Part shown: piece after piece, positions 1 to 12,776 of the stretch
How the letters are laid out: the number at the start of each line of letters is the position of its first letter
Position numbering within the stretch: the first letter of the stretch is position 1
Assembly: GCF_032191835.1 (NCBI RefSeq)
Contig: NC_083242.1
Span: 23,622,001-23,686,000, forward strand
Direction of reading: 5' to 3'
DNA from: Heteronotia binoei
Taxonomy: Eukaryota
DNA: 64,000 nucleotides
The notes under the pieces: model-generated
Database searches by the model: none
What the model was told of the DNA's origin: nothing
What the model saw: the letters and a program-made list of their open reading frames with translations, nothing else
Position numbers and translations under genes: made by a program

Positions 1-540
1 GTGGGACACCAGCCAGTCTTTAGAAGAACAGATGCATTCGTTAGATTTTTCAAAAATGTATTTATTTTCAGAATAGCCAAGTCAAATCAGCAAACAGTCT
101 TGTCTCTACAAGAATAATCAAATTGCTGATGACAACAGAGACCGTAGAAAGATTTTTAAAAACTTTTCTGTACAGAGCTTAGGACGACTAAGGTTCTCTT
201 TCATTTTATTCTCAGTAGTCAGACTTCCTTGTACAGCTAGGGAGTCCCCCAGGTAGGCAGAGACTGTTTAGCTTTCTTCATCAGTTTATGGACACCTTAA
301 ACAAGGGTGCTAGCATGGCACAACAGCAATATCCTCATAACGTTTTGGTGTGTAATGTTCCAGGCCGCTAACTATGGTACAAAACATAAGCTCAGGTTGC
401 ACTATGTACATGTCTGCAGATGTGCTTTGGATTGAAAGTGAGTTCTACCCTCAGCTCCTAGATCCAGTGAGACCTGCAAAGTTTCAGCAATTAATTGGTG
501 TGAAATCTTTTTAGTCATTAAGAAACATCTCCTAGTTAAC

Positions 541-1460
541 TGGGCAGCAGGGCGATATTGTCCTCTACGTGTGGGCTGCCCTTGTCCCAAAGCTGGCGAC
601 TTCAGCTAGTGCAGAATGCTGCAGCCAGGCTGCTAATGGGAATTCATTTATGGGAGCACATTCAGCCTGTGCTGGAAGTGTTGCACTGGCTACCGATAGT
701 GTACTGGATTCGCTTCAAGGTGCTGGTCATTACCTTTAAAGGCTTCTATGGCGAGGGTCCTGCATACCTTAGGGATTAACCTGTGGAATTCACTGCCACA
801 GGAGGTGGTGGTGGCTACAGGCATAGCCAGCTTTAAGAGGGGATTGGATAAAAATATGGAGCAGAGGTCCATCAGTGGCTATTAGCCTGATCCAACATGG
901 CTTCTCTTATGTTCTTATGACCGCCTTTCCCTGCACATGCCCCAGCGAGCACTTTGGTCTGGGTCTCAAAACCTGCTGGCAGTTCCCAGCATCAGAGAAT
1001 TGAGGCTCAAATAGTAGTAGTAGACCTTTATTGGCATTGAGAGGCTCAAATAAACGAGAGCCAGGGCCTTTTCTGTTGCTGCCCCTAGCTGGTGAAATGA
1101 GTCGCTGGAGGTCAGGGCCCTGCAAGAGCTCCCCCAGTTCTGCAGGGCTTGCAAAACGGCACTCTTCCGCCATGCATTTTCATGATGGTAACACCTGCAG
1201 CAATAGGACTGGCCCATAAAAATACTACAAACGGTTCACCTCATCACACTATGGCAATTCTGGGACCACTTAAAACTAACCACCATTAGAAGTTAATCAC
1301 TGTCTGAAACCGTAATATTAGCACATGTAAATGTTTTAGGAATTGCTTTTATTGTTGTGTTATTTTGTTTGGTCACACTAATGTGATTGTGTGACCCTAA
1401 CCTGTGAGCCGCCCTGAGCCTGCCTTTGGCGGGGAGGGCGGGATATAAAGTAAGTAAATA
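541..1460 (+). mobile_element. L2-clade LINE 3' fragment, interrupted by two younger insertions
   Basis: LQLVQNAAARLL...LHWLP...FKVL translation and a GAGCCGCCCTGAGCC...GGCGGGATATAAA-type tail. Confidence 0.85.
776..919 (+). mobile_element. CR1 LINE 3' end nested in L2
   Basis: CTGTGGAATTCACTGCCACAGGAGGTGGTG...TTCTTATGTTCTTATG; the L2 sequence AGGGA|CCGCC is split around it. Confidence 0.8.
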
Positions 1461-1520
1461 AATGATGTTTGAAAGTGTCCGTTATTTTCACTATTAAGTT
1501 CTTTTATCAATGTACATATA

Positions 1521-1784
1521 TACTGTTTTCACGCACAGCTTACCACGCAGTCACGTTCCTGTTCTCTCCGCAGCGTCCATCAGATTTCCCACTATCCGCG
1601 CCGGAGTTACAGGAAGTGCCGCGGCTTTTGCGTAGCAAACGTAAACTGGGTTTTAGTGGTTTACGTTTGCTACGCAAAAGCCACGGCACTTCCTGTAACT
1701 CCGGCGCAGATAGCGGGAAATCCGACGGACACTGCAGAGAGAACAGGAACATGACCGCGTGGTAAGCTGTGTGCGAAAACGGTC
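1521..1784. mobile_element. Fully palindromic MITE (PIF/Harbinger-like)
   Basis: Two ~125-bp inverted arms with a 12-nt loop (1647-1658); ATA on both flanks. Confidence 0.7.
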
Positions 1785-2409
1785 ATAGTGTATTCTTGGA
1801 AGAGGCTTTTCTTCTCCTTCCTCACACAGGAAAGAATGCTTCTTTTGGAATCCTGCATAAGCTAAAGACAAAAAAGAGTTTTGCCTTCCAAACTGTTGCT
1901 TTAGTCATAGACAAATGTGGGCAGCCTTCAGCAATCAATGATGCAGCTCATACAATTAATCAAAAACTAAGTGGTACTCTGCCTGAAATATGTCTACTTC
2001 CAGCTTGACTCAGAACAAGCTGCGTCATCAAATGCTCCATCTGTGTTCTTCAGCAAGGAAAGCTGAGCCAAGGAATGGCCCAGCTGGGAAACCACCAGGA
2101 CATTTAGGGCTAAAGTATGTGGGAGGTTGAGGATTGGTCTTGAGATTCCCCAAACATGTAAAATCACTGAAAAAGAGCTGTGGGGTATGGAATGAAGCTG
2201 CGGTATTGGGATCACTGCACCCCTCCCCCCCCGGTGGCGTTTTCTGAATCAAAAATGTCCCTCTTTGATCCACTTTAAGACACAGCTAGGCAAAAAAGGT
2301 AACTGGATATTATGTTTTGGCTCCTTCTCCCTAAGGTTTAAAGTAGCTCCAGGAGATTTTTTTTTAAGTAGCAACTTTTATTGCAGAAAATTACAATGAT
2401 ATAAACTGT

Positions 2410-2570
2410 GGAGGAGGGGCCATGGCTCAGTGGAGCAGTCTCTTCTTGGCATGCAGAAGGTCCCAGGTTCAGCCCCCCGTATCTCCAGTTTAAAGGATCA
2501 GATGGTAGATTACATGAAAGAGCCACTGCCTGTCTCAGACCGTCTTGACCATGATGGACCTGATTTTTTT
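2410..2570 (+). mobile_element. tRNA-derived SINE
   Basis: GGCTCAGTGG A-box and GGTTCA B-box-like head; same family at 44360-44560, 44965-45070 (minus), 58897-59420 and 62702-62905. Confidence 0.7.
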
Positions 2571-2584
2571 TTTTTGCCACTGTG

Positions 2585-2970
2585 TGACACAGAGTGTTGG
2601 ACTGGAGGGGCCATTGGCCTGATCCAACATGGCTTCTCTTCTGTTCTTATGTACACAGAGTGTTGGACTGGAAGGGCCATTGGCCTGATCCAACATAGCT
2701 TCTCTGATGTTCTTATGTGGCAAAGAGTGTTGGACTGGATGGGCCATTGGCCTGATCCAACATGGCTTCTCTTCTGTTCTTATGTACACAGAGTGTTGGA
2801 CTGGAAGGGCCATTGGCCTGATCCAACATAGCTTCTCTGATGTTCTTATGTGGCAAAGAGTGTTGGACTGGATGGGCCACTGGCCTGATCCAACATGGCT
2901 TCTCTTCTGTTCTTATGTGACACAGAGTGTTGGACTGGAAGGGCCATTGGCCTGATCCAACATGGCTTCT
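2585..2970 (+). repeat. Minisatellite of six 66-67-bp units derived from the CR1 3' tail
   Basis: Units start at 2585, 2652, 2718, 2785, 2851 and 2918; core GAGTGTTGGACTGGA...CCTGATCCAACAT.GCTTCTCT..TGTTCTTATG. Confidence 0.92.
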
Positions 2971-3292
2971 TTTATCTTCCTATTGAGTATGAGGCTGCTG
3001 TATGTGTGTTCACTATCCCTGAACAAGAACAGAAGCATTTTCTGTGGCATGAAATTCCTCAGCTTTGAAAGGGGGGTGCAACCTGGGAGCTTGCGTGTTA
3101 CCATTGGAAATTGTCTCTTGGACAGTTTTGTTCTGTGAGCTAACTCGGGGGCATCTTTTCCAGTGGAAGTACAAAGGGAAACAAAGTACTAAACAACTTG
3201 AAGCAGGTTCCAGCTGATACCACCTCATAGCCACAAAATATGCTCAGCAGGTTAACAGTTAGCCATCTTTACCTTTAGAACAAATCTGGGGC

Positions 3293-3298
3293 TTTATT
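3293..3298 (-). terminator. Candidate CRYM poly(A) signal AATAAA
   Basis: First AATAAA I found on the minus strand after the stop (~600 nt downstream); usage is not verifiable here. Confidence 0.4.
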
Positions 3299-3895
3299 GT
3301 GAGAGGGGAACTTTTGACTGAGAGAGCAGTTGGAATTAGCTCCCCCAAAGCCGTTTCTGCAGTGTTTTCCCAGCGCTTGAAGTGATGCAAAAGCCACATG
3401 CATTGTGATGCAAAAGGGGAAGGGATAGAAACTCCATTGTAAACCCCCTCCCTCAAAAGGCAGCCAACACTGCTGCCTTGCGTAGGTCAAATTAATTGGC
3501 AGTTGGAGCCATCTTTGTTCTCGCTGCCCCCCCCTGCTCTTTTCTCTCTCATCAGATTCAAGAAATGATGGCGTTTCTCAGGGGAACTGAGACTTCCAAT
3601 CAAGCAAAAAAGGTGTCCTATGAAACTATACAGAAAAAAAGACTATTGTTATTAAAAACGCTATCCAATTCTTGCTTTAGAAAAAGAACGACTGCTTTTC
3701 CTCAAGGCGAAGACTTTTTAAAAAGGAATAAAGTATGAGTCCAGTGGCACCTTTAAGACCAACAAAGCTTAATTCTGGATATAAACTTTTGTGTGCATGC
3801 ACAGTTCTTCTACAGTCATTAGTGAGAGGCTCTCCTGATCAAGAAATTACCAGCCTACAAAGCTACTTGGCTGGATGTCCTCAGACCTCTTCCTT

Positions 3896-3960
3896 TCAGC
3901 TGGCAGCCAACCAGGACTCAAAGACCAACTTTGCAGCAACCGTGTCTTCGATTGCCATCC
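3896..3960 (-). CDS. CRYM: CRYM exon 8 to stop (GMAIEDTVAAKLVFESWLAAS*)
   Basis: ttttag| acceptor, TGA at 3898-3896. Exon lengths sum to 951 nt = 316 aa plus stop, in frame. Confidence 0.96.
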
Positions 3961-4125
3961 CTAAAACAAGAAGCAGAGCTGAAATCTTTGTATTATGACA
4001 TTTTTATGTGCCACAACTGAGGTTTGGAGCCAGGCAAGTGGGAAGCTGTTGGTCTAGCCTGGAACCTGAATGTTACCATTTTGGGAAGGAGTATTTTTTA
4101 TTTCTCCCTCCTATGCCTTATGGTG

Positions 4126-4325
4126 CCCTGATCTGAATGGCCCAGGCTAGCCCCATCTCATCAGAGTTAAGCAGGGTCAGCCCTGGTAAGTGTTTGGATG
4201 GGAGACCAGCAGGGAACAGCAGGGTCACTATGCAGAGGCAGGCAATGGCAAACCACCTCAGCTGGTTCCCTTGCCTCAAAAACTACAGAATCACTGTAAA
4301 TCAGCTGTGAATTGACAGCAAAACC
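4126..4325 (+). mobile_element. 5S rRNA-headed Sauria-type SINE
   Basis: AAGCAGGGTCAGCCCTGG...TTGGATGGGAGACC is 5S-like, followed by GGCAATGGCAAACCACC; other copies at ~28270-28470 and ~61720-61890 (minus). Confidence 0.75.
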
Positions 4326-4920
4326 ACCCCCAAACTGTAGAGTTAGAGGGATTGGAAGCCTTCCCCTCAACACTGTTTTTTCCCAACTCCACTCTCCTCT
4401 CCTCCCATCATGCACCTGTTATTTAACGGAGGGATATCTAGGAGGTCCAACTATGGAGTTCCTAAACAATTATTGGCAAAGTCTCTTTGTCTTCTTTCAA
4501 TATTTAGGTTAGATGGGTTAGAGGTAAAACTGAACTATCTTAAACCTCAGGAAAGTGAGGTAAAAAAATCCCCAAACTCTAATAAAGGATGGCCCAAAAC
4601 CAGAATAGTCATGAATGAAACTGAAGGCAGCAAACACACGATGCTTATTTATTATGTTTCTGTCCTTCCTTATTGAGAGGGGTGTGTGAGATTGTCTCTT
4701 CCCTGGGCTTGATCTTCACAACCCCTTGAGGTAGGTTAGGCTAAGTGTGTACAGTGGGGTCCCAGGTCACTCATCGAGTGTTTATAGCTGAATAAGAATT
4801 TGAACTTGGGAGCGGGGTCCTAGATCTAGTCCAACTCCTGTTCACCCCTTCATTTTGTCATTCCCAATGATGCTAATTTCTTCTGTCGGGTTTCTTTCAA
4901 GAGCAACTGTCTGCCCACTA

Positions 4921-5199
<279 letters not shown>

Positions 5200-6723
5200 T
5201 TATAGCAATTGTTTGCAACTAGGTTTCCCTGTGTGGCCAAGACAGTCCAGTCGGGAACAAATGCTATGGTACAGTAGCGCAATATCCATTTAGCCGTCTA
5301 CCTGATTCTTTCTATAGAACTGATGGACTCTCAAAGCACAGAGGATGCACCTTTTTCCCCCCTCAGTGATCCCAAATGCAACACTTGCTAGGAGTGGCCC
5401 AAACAAAAAGCCAAACAAGGGAACTGACTCAGGTCCCAACATTCTAGGGGGCACCAATCTAATCTATGTAAAAGCTCATGGGATTCCCAAAGAGAGATGC
5501 TCAGAGGCAACTTAGTACCTTCTCCAGTGGGCCTTTCCAAGAAGAAAGAAAAAGGCTTTTAGGCTGCAGTGGCCATTTGGCAGGGCCATTCAGAAGCCAG
5601 GACAAGGGCTATAATATTTTTCCTGAGGGCAGATGGCTTTGCAGGCCTGGGAAACAACTGCCTTGTTTTACTCTCCTGAGAATGGACGGCAGAAGTCCAC
5701 ATCATCGGGGCAGAGAGTCTTTGCCACCTGCTCTGCTTCTCCCTTCCAGCCCTGCAGGTCTAAAGAGAACACCTTCCTTCCTGGAAGGAACAAAATACCT
5801 GGAGGGAGACCATTGCCATCAGGGACAAAGCTTTTCCCACCTGCTCTGTTCCCTGTCCCTCTCCTGTGGATTAGTTTGTTGCTGCCAGGTAGATTTGTAT
5901 TTTTGTCTGCATGTGTTTGCCCTAACCTGGGTAGGCCAGGCTAGCCCGATCTTGGAAACTCAGCAGTCATCTCTTGCCTTGAAACCCCTACAAGGTTGCT
6001 GTATGTCAATTGTGACTTGGAGGCATTAAAAGTGCGTATTTATGGCCTGCTGCTTTCTTACATTGTAAACCACTGAGTCCACACTCAGCAGAGAAGAACA
6101 GGGTAAAAGTATCCAAATAAATACATACATGCCTGTGGGTCTGGGATGATATCTGGCAACAGCCAGAAGCTACTTAAGGAGAAGTAGATGCTATTGAGGT
6201 CTGTGGGGCTTATTTCACCTCTTTCTCACAGTCTTTTGTGTGTTTCTTGAATTGTAAAGGGGCAGAGGGAATCTTTCTCTGGGGCACTCCTGCCACTTGG
6301 GACATGGACGCAGGGTTTTAAAAAAACCCAACTGAAGCATGATGGACATTAAACATTTGGGGACTCTCGGGGCCTTAGTTCTTTGCAGTTCTCTCGCCTC
6401 AATACCCCCGTCACAGTCAAATAACAAGCACACTTAGTCCCTGCTGCTGTTCTCTTTTTGTGACATTCCCATCTTTCATGTTTTACGCCTGCACAAATCA
6501 TGCAGCTCTACAGCCAGTGGTGGTCCTTCCCATGTGGAGCTACATCCCTCTCCTTAAACCACGCCCCAAAATTGTTCTAGGGAAGGATGCCAAAGGTGTC
6601 TCATCCAGAGAAGATCATTCAAAATGTCTCCAAAAAAGGCCTCTGTGCTTTAACCAATTTAAAAGATGCGTCTGTGTGTGTGTGGGGGGGGGGGGGGGGG
6701 GAGACAATCCTTCCTTTTCTTAC

Positions 6724-6845
6724 CCCAGATAAAATAACATCTCCGGATTCCCGCATAGCAGCCTCTTTGGAATCCACGTACAGCACAGAGTTCCTCATCA
6801 CGTCATCATCCAGCTCCCGCCAGTCTGGCCTGCTCGCTCCGACAG
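6724..6845 (-). CDS. CRYM: CRYM exon 6 (AVGASRPDWRELDDDVMRNSVLYVDSKEAAMRESGDVILSG)
   Basis: 122 nt inside ORF 6619-7029; canonical splice sites. Confidence 0.97.
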
Positions 6846-7492
6846 CTAAGAGGCAAAGAAAAAACAAATCCGATGGAGAAGACCATTCTCCAAGAGTGCC
6901 ACGCATGTTATCACAGACAATGGGAAAGTATCTTTGCATCCCAGAACTCTGGTCGGCTGGTGCGAGTCTTGAGCTACAGCTGCAGACTTCCTCAGCCTCA
7001 GAGATCTGCAACCACAAAACAGAAACCATGGCTTCTGGCCCATGAGGGAAAAGGGGTATTGTACGGATGAATAAGACACAGAAGTGGAATGTTTTGGGTC
7101 AATCTTATGATAGTCCCTGGGGAGCAGAGATAATTATTCTCCGTTTATGGAGAGAGATTTTGGAGGCTAAATTCCTCACTTCATGACCTCGTGTGTTTTT
7201 GTAAGTCCATGACTGAAGTCAGGCCCAGTGCATGGGGTTCTGGCGCCCAAGGCCTGAGGAGGATGCCAAGGAAGGGAAATGCCGAAAGAGCGGCAGAGGC
7301 TCAGGGGTGCCACATGTGGGGAGCGGAGCCTCACCCCTGCTGGGAGCTGGTGTCCTAGGCCTAGTTCGCCGACTCCCACACGCCAGCCCTGACTGAAGTC
7401 TGTATTAATGCAGATACAGATATTGCTATAACTACGTCATGTGCTTCTATCAATGTTTTAGGCCTCTCCAACCATTCAGACCCACGACACGC

Positions 7493-7943
7493 TAGGGTTG
7501 CCAGGTCCAACTCAAGAAACATCTGGAGACTTTGGGGATGAAGCCAGGAGCAAGGATGTGACAAGCATGATTGAACGCCAAAAGGAGTTCTGGCCATCAC
7601 ACTTAAAGGGACTGCACACCTTTTAAATGTGTTCCCTCCATTTGGAAATAATGAAGACACCTTCTTTTGGGGCTCATATAACTGGATCCCCTGGTTCAAT
7701 CTTTTTAAAATGAGGGGGGGCATATTTTGAGGAGAGGCACTGGATGTATGCCGAAAATTTGGTGCCTCTACCTAAAAAAACAGCTCCCCCAGAACCCCAG
7801 ATACCCATGGATCTATTCTCCATTATACCCTACGGGGATTGGTCCCCATAGGGTATAATGGAGTGCCCAGCAGACATTTCCTGCTCCCTCTGCTAACCCT
7901 GAAGTGGAGGGAAGGGCTCCAGACCTGGGGATTGGCAACCCTA
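7493..7943. mobile_element. hAT MITE (TIR TAGGGTTGCCA)
   Basis: TIRs at both ends; TSD CGACACGC/CAACACGC. Confidence 0.9.
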
Positions 7944-8149
7944 CAACACGCTGTTGCAGAGATGAGGCTATTTTTGTTCTCTATGAAGCTATCCTTCCGA
8001 ACATAGCTGTTCTGTGGAAGAAGATGGAGTGATTGGATGCTGCCTGTGATGTCAGCAACAACAAATCACCTCAAAAGCAGCTCTCCCATACCTGCTATGT
8101 GGAGAAAGACTCCCAGGCTCCTGGCACTGAATCCTCCTGGGTTGTGCAA

Positions 8150-8370
8150 CTACCCAACATGGTGCAGCAGTCATAGTGTCAGATGAGAATTCTGGGAGAC
8201 CCAGGTTCAAATCCCCACTCTGCTGTGGAAACTGGGTGATTGGGCTAGTCACACACACCCCTAACCTACCTCATAGGATTGTTGTGAGGATAAAACGGAG
8301 GAGAATGTTGGCTGCTTTGAGTTCTCATTGGGGAGAAAGGTGGGATATAAGTGAAGTAAATAAAATAAAC
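8150..8370 (+). mobile_element. Squam3-like tRNA SINE with L2-type tail
   Basis: Matches copies at 9060-9300 and 50283-50555; boundaries approximate. Confidence 0.7.
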
Positions 8371-9059
8371 TATCCCACAAAAGCCAAAGGAGCTTGGGGC
8401 AGGGCTTTCGTTAGTCTTCTCTCAACAAGTTCTCCAGGATGTGTTCTTTTGCTAATCCTCCTTCCTGACTGCAAGGGAGATTGTGTGTTTTTAATTAAAA
8501 GTCTTGTAATTAAAAGAGGATCCAGAGTCATCTGTCTCCTTTCAGACTGATAAACGACCCAGAAGAGAGCTGGATGGTAAGAGAGTTGCGTAGGCAGAGA
8601 GGACTGCAGCATCCATCCAAAAGCCTACTCAGGCATCACTAAAGGGTCACCAAGGGAAAGAAACAACACAGAGAGTCAGGCAGCTCTTGTGTCTAAGTGT
8701 TGCCTCGGTGAAGGAAGACGCTAATTGCTCCTGCTGTGCTTCAACGCAGGCCGAAAACCCTTCAGACAAAGCATTCAACCAAGAGGGAACAAGACAATCA
8801 GGGAGACATGGATGAACTGCTCTCTCCCTTCCCACTGTTCACTGCCACAAACCCTTTCCTGTTCCCTCAGAGACACAAAGGTGGCTGGGCGGGTGGGAGG
8901 GAAGCATAAGGGGAGATGAAAACTAGGACAGGTCAAGGGAGGTTCTGCATCTCTTCCCCCACCCTCGGTGCCGGAAGCTTCTCAGATGCACAGAAGACCA
9001 AGCTGTCTGCAGTCTTCTATCTGGTTCTCTATCAGGACCGTGACTGCTGGTGTCAAATT

Positions 9060-9300
9060 GTGAGCCAGTTTGGTATGGTGCTTAAAATGTTAAGATTCAG
9101 ATCTGGGGAACCCAGGTTCAAATCCCCACTTGGCCATGGAAGCTCGCTGGATGACCATGGGCCAGTCACACTCTCTCAGCCGAGCTTACCTCACAGGGTT
9201 GCTATGAGACTAAAACTGGGGGAGAGGAGAGTGATGAAAGCTGCTTTAGATCCTCCCTGGGGAGAAAGGCAGAATATAAATACAATAAATACAAATAAAT
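9060..9300 (+). mobile_element. Squam3-like SINE
   Basis: AGCCAGTTTGGT...CCAGGTTCAAATCCCCAC head and A-rich tail. Confidence 0.75.
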
Positions 9301-9577
9301 GAGATAAGGGGATGGCCACAGAGAGCAGGAAGGACAGTACAAATAGCACATTTCTGTCACTGGGCTATTAGCACATGATGAGACCTCACAAGCAAGAAAG
9401 AAGCAGCATTTGGAATCAATTTCAAACAGCCGAGCCTGTCGTTTAAGCTACGAGGGAAAAGGGGTTAGAATTTAATAAAACTTTTGTCTGCAATAAAAAG
9501 GGAAAACTCAAATGTTGAACAAGAAAAGCCAGATTCAGCAAGGAGGACGCCAGTTTTATTCTCCTTCCCTTCAACAT

Positions 9578-9865
9578 GAAGAAGGAATCTCGGAGCCGCT
9601 TACAATCTCCTTTCCCTTCCCCTCCCCACAACAGACACTCTGTGAGGTAGGTGGGGCTGAGAGAACTCTGACAGAAAGCCTGTGAGGGAACAGTTCTGTG
9701 AGGACTTGTGAGTGACTAAGGGTCACATCAGCAGCTGCATGCAGAGGAGTGGGGAATCAAACCCAGTTCTCCCGAATGAGCCTGTTCTACAGGAAGGGTG
9801 GGCTAAAAATCGAATAAAATAAAAATAAATAAATAAAAGTCCGCTTAGCCACTACACCAAACTGG
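9578..9865 (-). mobile_element. Squam3-like SINE (younger subfamily)
   Basis: Similar to 11539-11806, 47198-47449 and 50775-51053. Confidence 0.75.
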
Positions 9866-10997
9866 TTCCACAAGAAGGTGTCTGGCAATCTGAGGAGAGA
9901 TTAATGCAATTATTTTTAAACGCCAGGCCAAGTATTTAACACTGTAGAACAGACCAGCTGCACAGCTGCCCCTCAAACCCCAGCATGAAACGCCTTATGA
10001 AGAACTTTAATCGTTCCCTTTGCAGTGGCCTTTAGATCCACCTGCATACGCCTGAGATCATTACCTGAAGCAGGTTTGTTTACCCTCTTCATATTTTGCT
10101 TCCTTGAAACCTTTTAATCTGGATCAGCTAATCCTTACGGCTATAATTAAAGCACAGCAGGTGTGATTTAAAAAAAAAAAGAAAAAAGAGTTTTTATTAC
10201 CTGCCCAACAATTTCAAAGGTCTGGATTCACATGACAATAGGAGAGAGTGGGGGAACTTGAAATAGCTGCCTGGGAGCATTCAGGCACTGCCAAGCATGA
10301 AATTGTCTTCGCCTCAGGGCCATTCTAAAGATGGTGGTGTCTGAAGGTCTGACTTGCAGACACTACCACTATTTTGAAGTGATATAAGAATGCTGAGGCA
10401 GGCTGAGGTGCTGTTGCGTCCTTCTGCACACCTTTTCAAGTGCCTACATGACTGAAATCCCCCCTCCTGAGCTGTTCTGGCACCTGAAAAGGTGTGTGGG
10501 GGGAACAAGAACACCTCAGCCAACTGTGCTGTGTGTCAGTCCCTCATGGCGTTTTTAAATCGCTTTAAAATGGCTACAGCATCCATGTTTTGACTTGTGG
10601 ACACCATCTCATCTACCTTGACCCTAAGCTGTAATATAAAGAGTCTGGAATGGAACAAAATACACACACACACCAAGGGAGATAAGGGTCACTCCCTATC
10701 GGCTGACTGTCCAGCAACGTGCCAATTTTATTCTATGCCTGCTTGACATAGCCATGGATCCTTGGACGTGGAAACAGACTTTCCTGTGCCTCTGGGCTTG
10801 GAAACCTCTCTGTGTGGTCTGCCAGGGAACACCCTCTCTGGAAACTGAACTTGGATAGTATCAGCTATCCAAAGCAAAGAGTCAATTAGAATTGCCAGGC
10901 ATTGCTTGGCAACTGGTGGGAAGCTTGTGAGAGGGACACAGTGTCACTGGAGAGCTTTTTTAAAAAAATACAGCCTCTTGTAATAACCAGAAGTTCA

Positions 10998-11411
<414 letters not shown>

Positions 11412-11538
11412 CTAATAAAGGTGATGAGAGAAGGAATCGAATAATTAGGTCAGTTAACAACCATGGCCTCAGGGTTTACCTCCTAATGCTTCCTGTTGTC
11501 TGCTACATCAGCTCAGCTGATCGGCTCCGGAGAAAACC

Positions 11539-11806
11539 AGAAGACGACTGCAGTTTTATAACCCACCCTTCTCTTTGAATCAGAGACTCAGAGCAGCTTA
11601 CAATCTCCTATATCTTCCCCCCACAACAGATACCCTGTGAGGTGGGTGGGGCTGAGAGGGCTCTCACAGCAGCTCCCCTTTCAAGGACAACTCCTGTGAT
11701 AGCTACGGCTGACCCAGGGCCATTCCAGCAGGTGCAAGTGGAGGAGTGGGGAATCAAACCCAGTTCTCCCAGATAAGAGTCTGCACACTTAACCACTACA
11801 CCAAAG
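11539..11806 (-). mobile_element. Squam3-like SINE (younger subfamily)
   Basis: High similarity to 50775-51053. Confidence 0.8.
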
Positions 11807-12111
11807 TGGTACTTAACTATTGGGAAAGTGTTCGTCCACATGGACCCATTCCTCTAGTAAGGGCAGTTGACTTCTGTCTTCCAACTACTTAGCCATATAT
11901 GGTATCTGAAAGATCTGTAGTTGAACCTCCCACCATATCAAGGAAGAGAGAGGGAGATACAGTCTGTGGTCACAGTATTAAGGAAGGGGAGTTGTTTTCC
12001 TCTGCGCTGGAACATCTTCATGAAACTATCTGGATCTTGGCTAGAAGGATCATCAACCACCACCCCAAAGGCCCTGTCAACACCTTTCATAGAGACTTCC
12101 ACCCCTCTTTA

Positions 12112-12273
<162 letters not shown>

Positions 12274-12283
12274 CTATAAGGCA

Positions 12284-12776
12284 TAGGGTTGCCAAGTTCA
12301 ATTTAAGAAATATCTGGGGACTTTGGGGGTGGAGCCAGGAGACTTTGGGGGTGGAGCCAGGAGCAAGAGTGTAACAAGCATAACTGAGCTCCAAAGGGAG
12401 TTCTGGCTATCACATTTAAAGGGACTGCACACCTTTTAAATCCTTCCATAGGAAATAATGAAGGATAGGGGCACCTTCTTTCGGGGCTCATAGAATTGGA
12501 CCCCTGGTCCAAACTTTTTGAAACTTGGGGGGTATTTTGGGGAGAGGTTCTGGATGCTATGCTGAAAATTTGGTGCCTTGACCACAAAAAACAGCCCCCC
12601 CCAGAGTCCCAGATACCCGCGGATCAATTCTCCATTCTTTTCTATGAGAATAAGTCTCCCTAGGGAATAATAAAGTTCCCAGCAGACATTTCCCTCCCCT
12701 CCTCCCACTTTCTGATTATCCTGAAGGCCTCTAAACCAAGAGATCCCCTGCCCCCACCTGGGGATTGGCAACACTA
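12284..12776. mobile_element. hAT MITE next to the CRYM exon 4 acceptor
   Basis: TIR TAGGGTTGCC...GGCAACACTA; perfect 8-bp TSD ATAAGGCA at 12276-12283 and 12777-12784. Confidence 0.95.

Noticed and set aside
1-540. Possible ANKS4B or ZP2 sequence expected from synteny
   Set aside because: No matching translation found in the frames examined.
2585-2970. CRISPR-like regular repeats and ORFs 2430-2831 / 2707-2955
   Set aside because: No unique spacers and a eukaryotic context; the ORFs are translations of the minisatellite.
4126-4215. 5S rRNA-like sequence (also ~28380-28460 and ~61800-61890)
   Set aside because: Partial, diverged and fused to a Sauria-type body; a SINE, not an rRNA gene.
5478-6029. 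183-aa plus-strand ORF antisense in CRYM intron 6
   Set aside because: No recognisable domain or supporting exon structure; consistent with chance.
6684-6702. Long G homopolymers (also ~14870, 34270, 57600) as G-quadruplex elements
   Set aside because: Simple homopolymers of uncertain assembled length with no supporting context.
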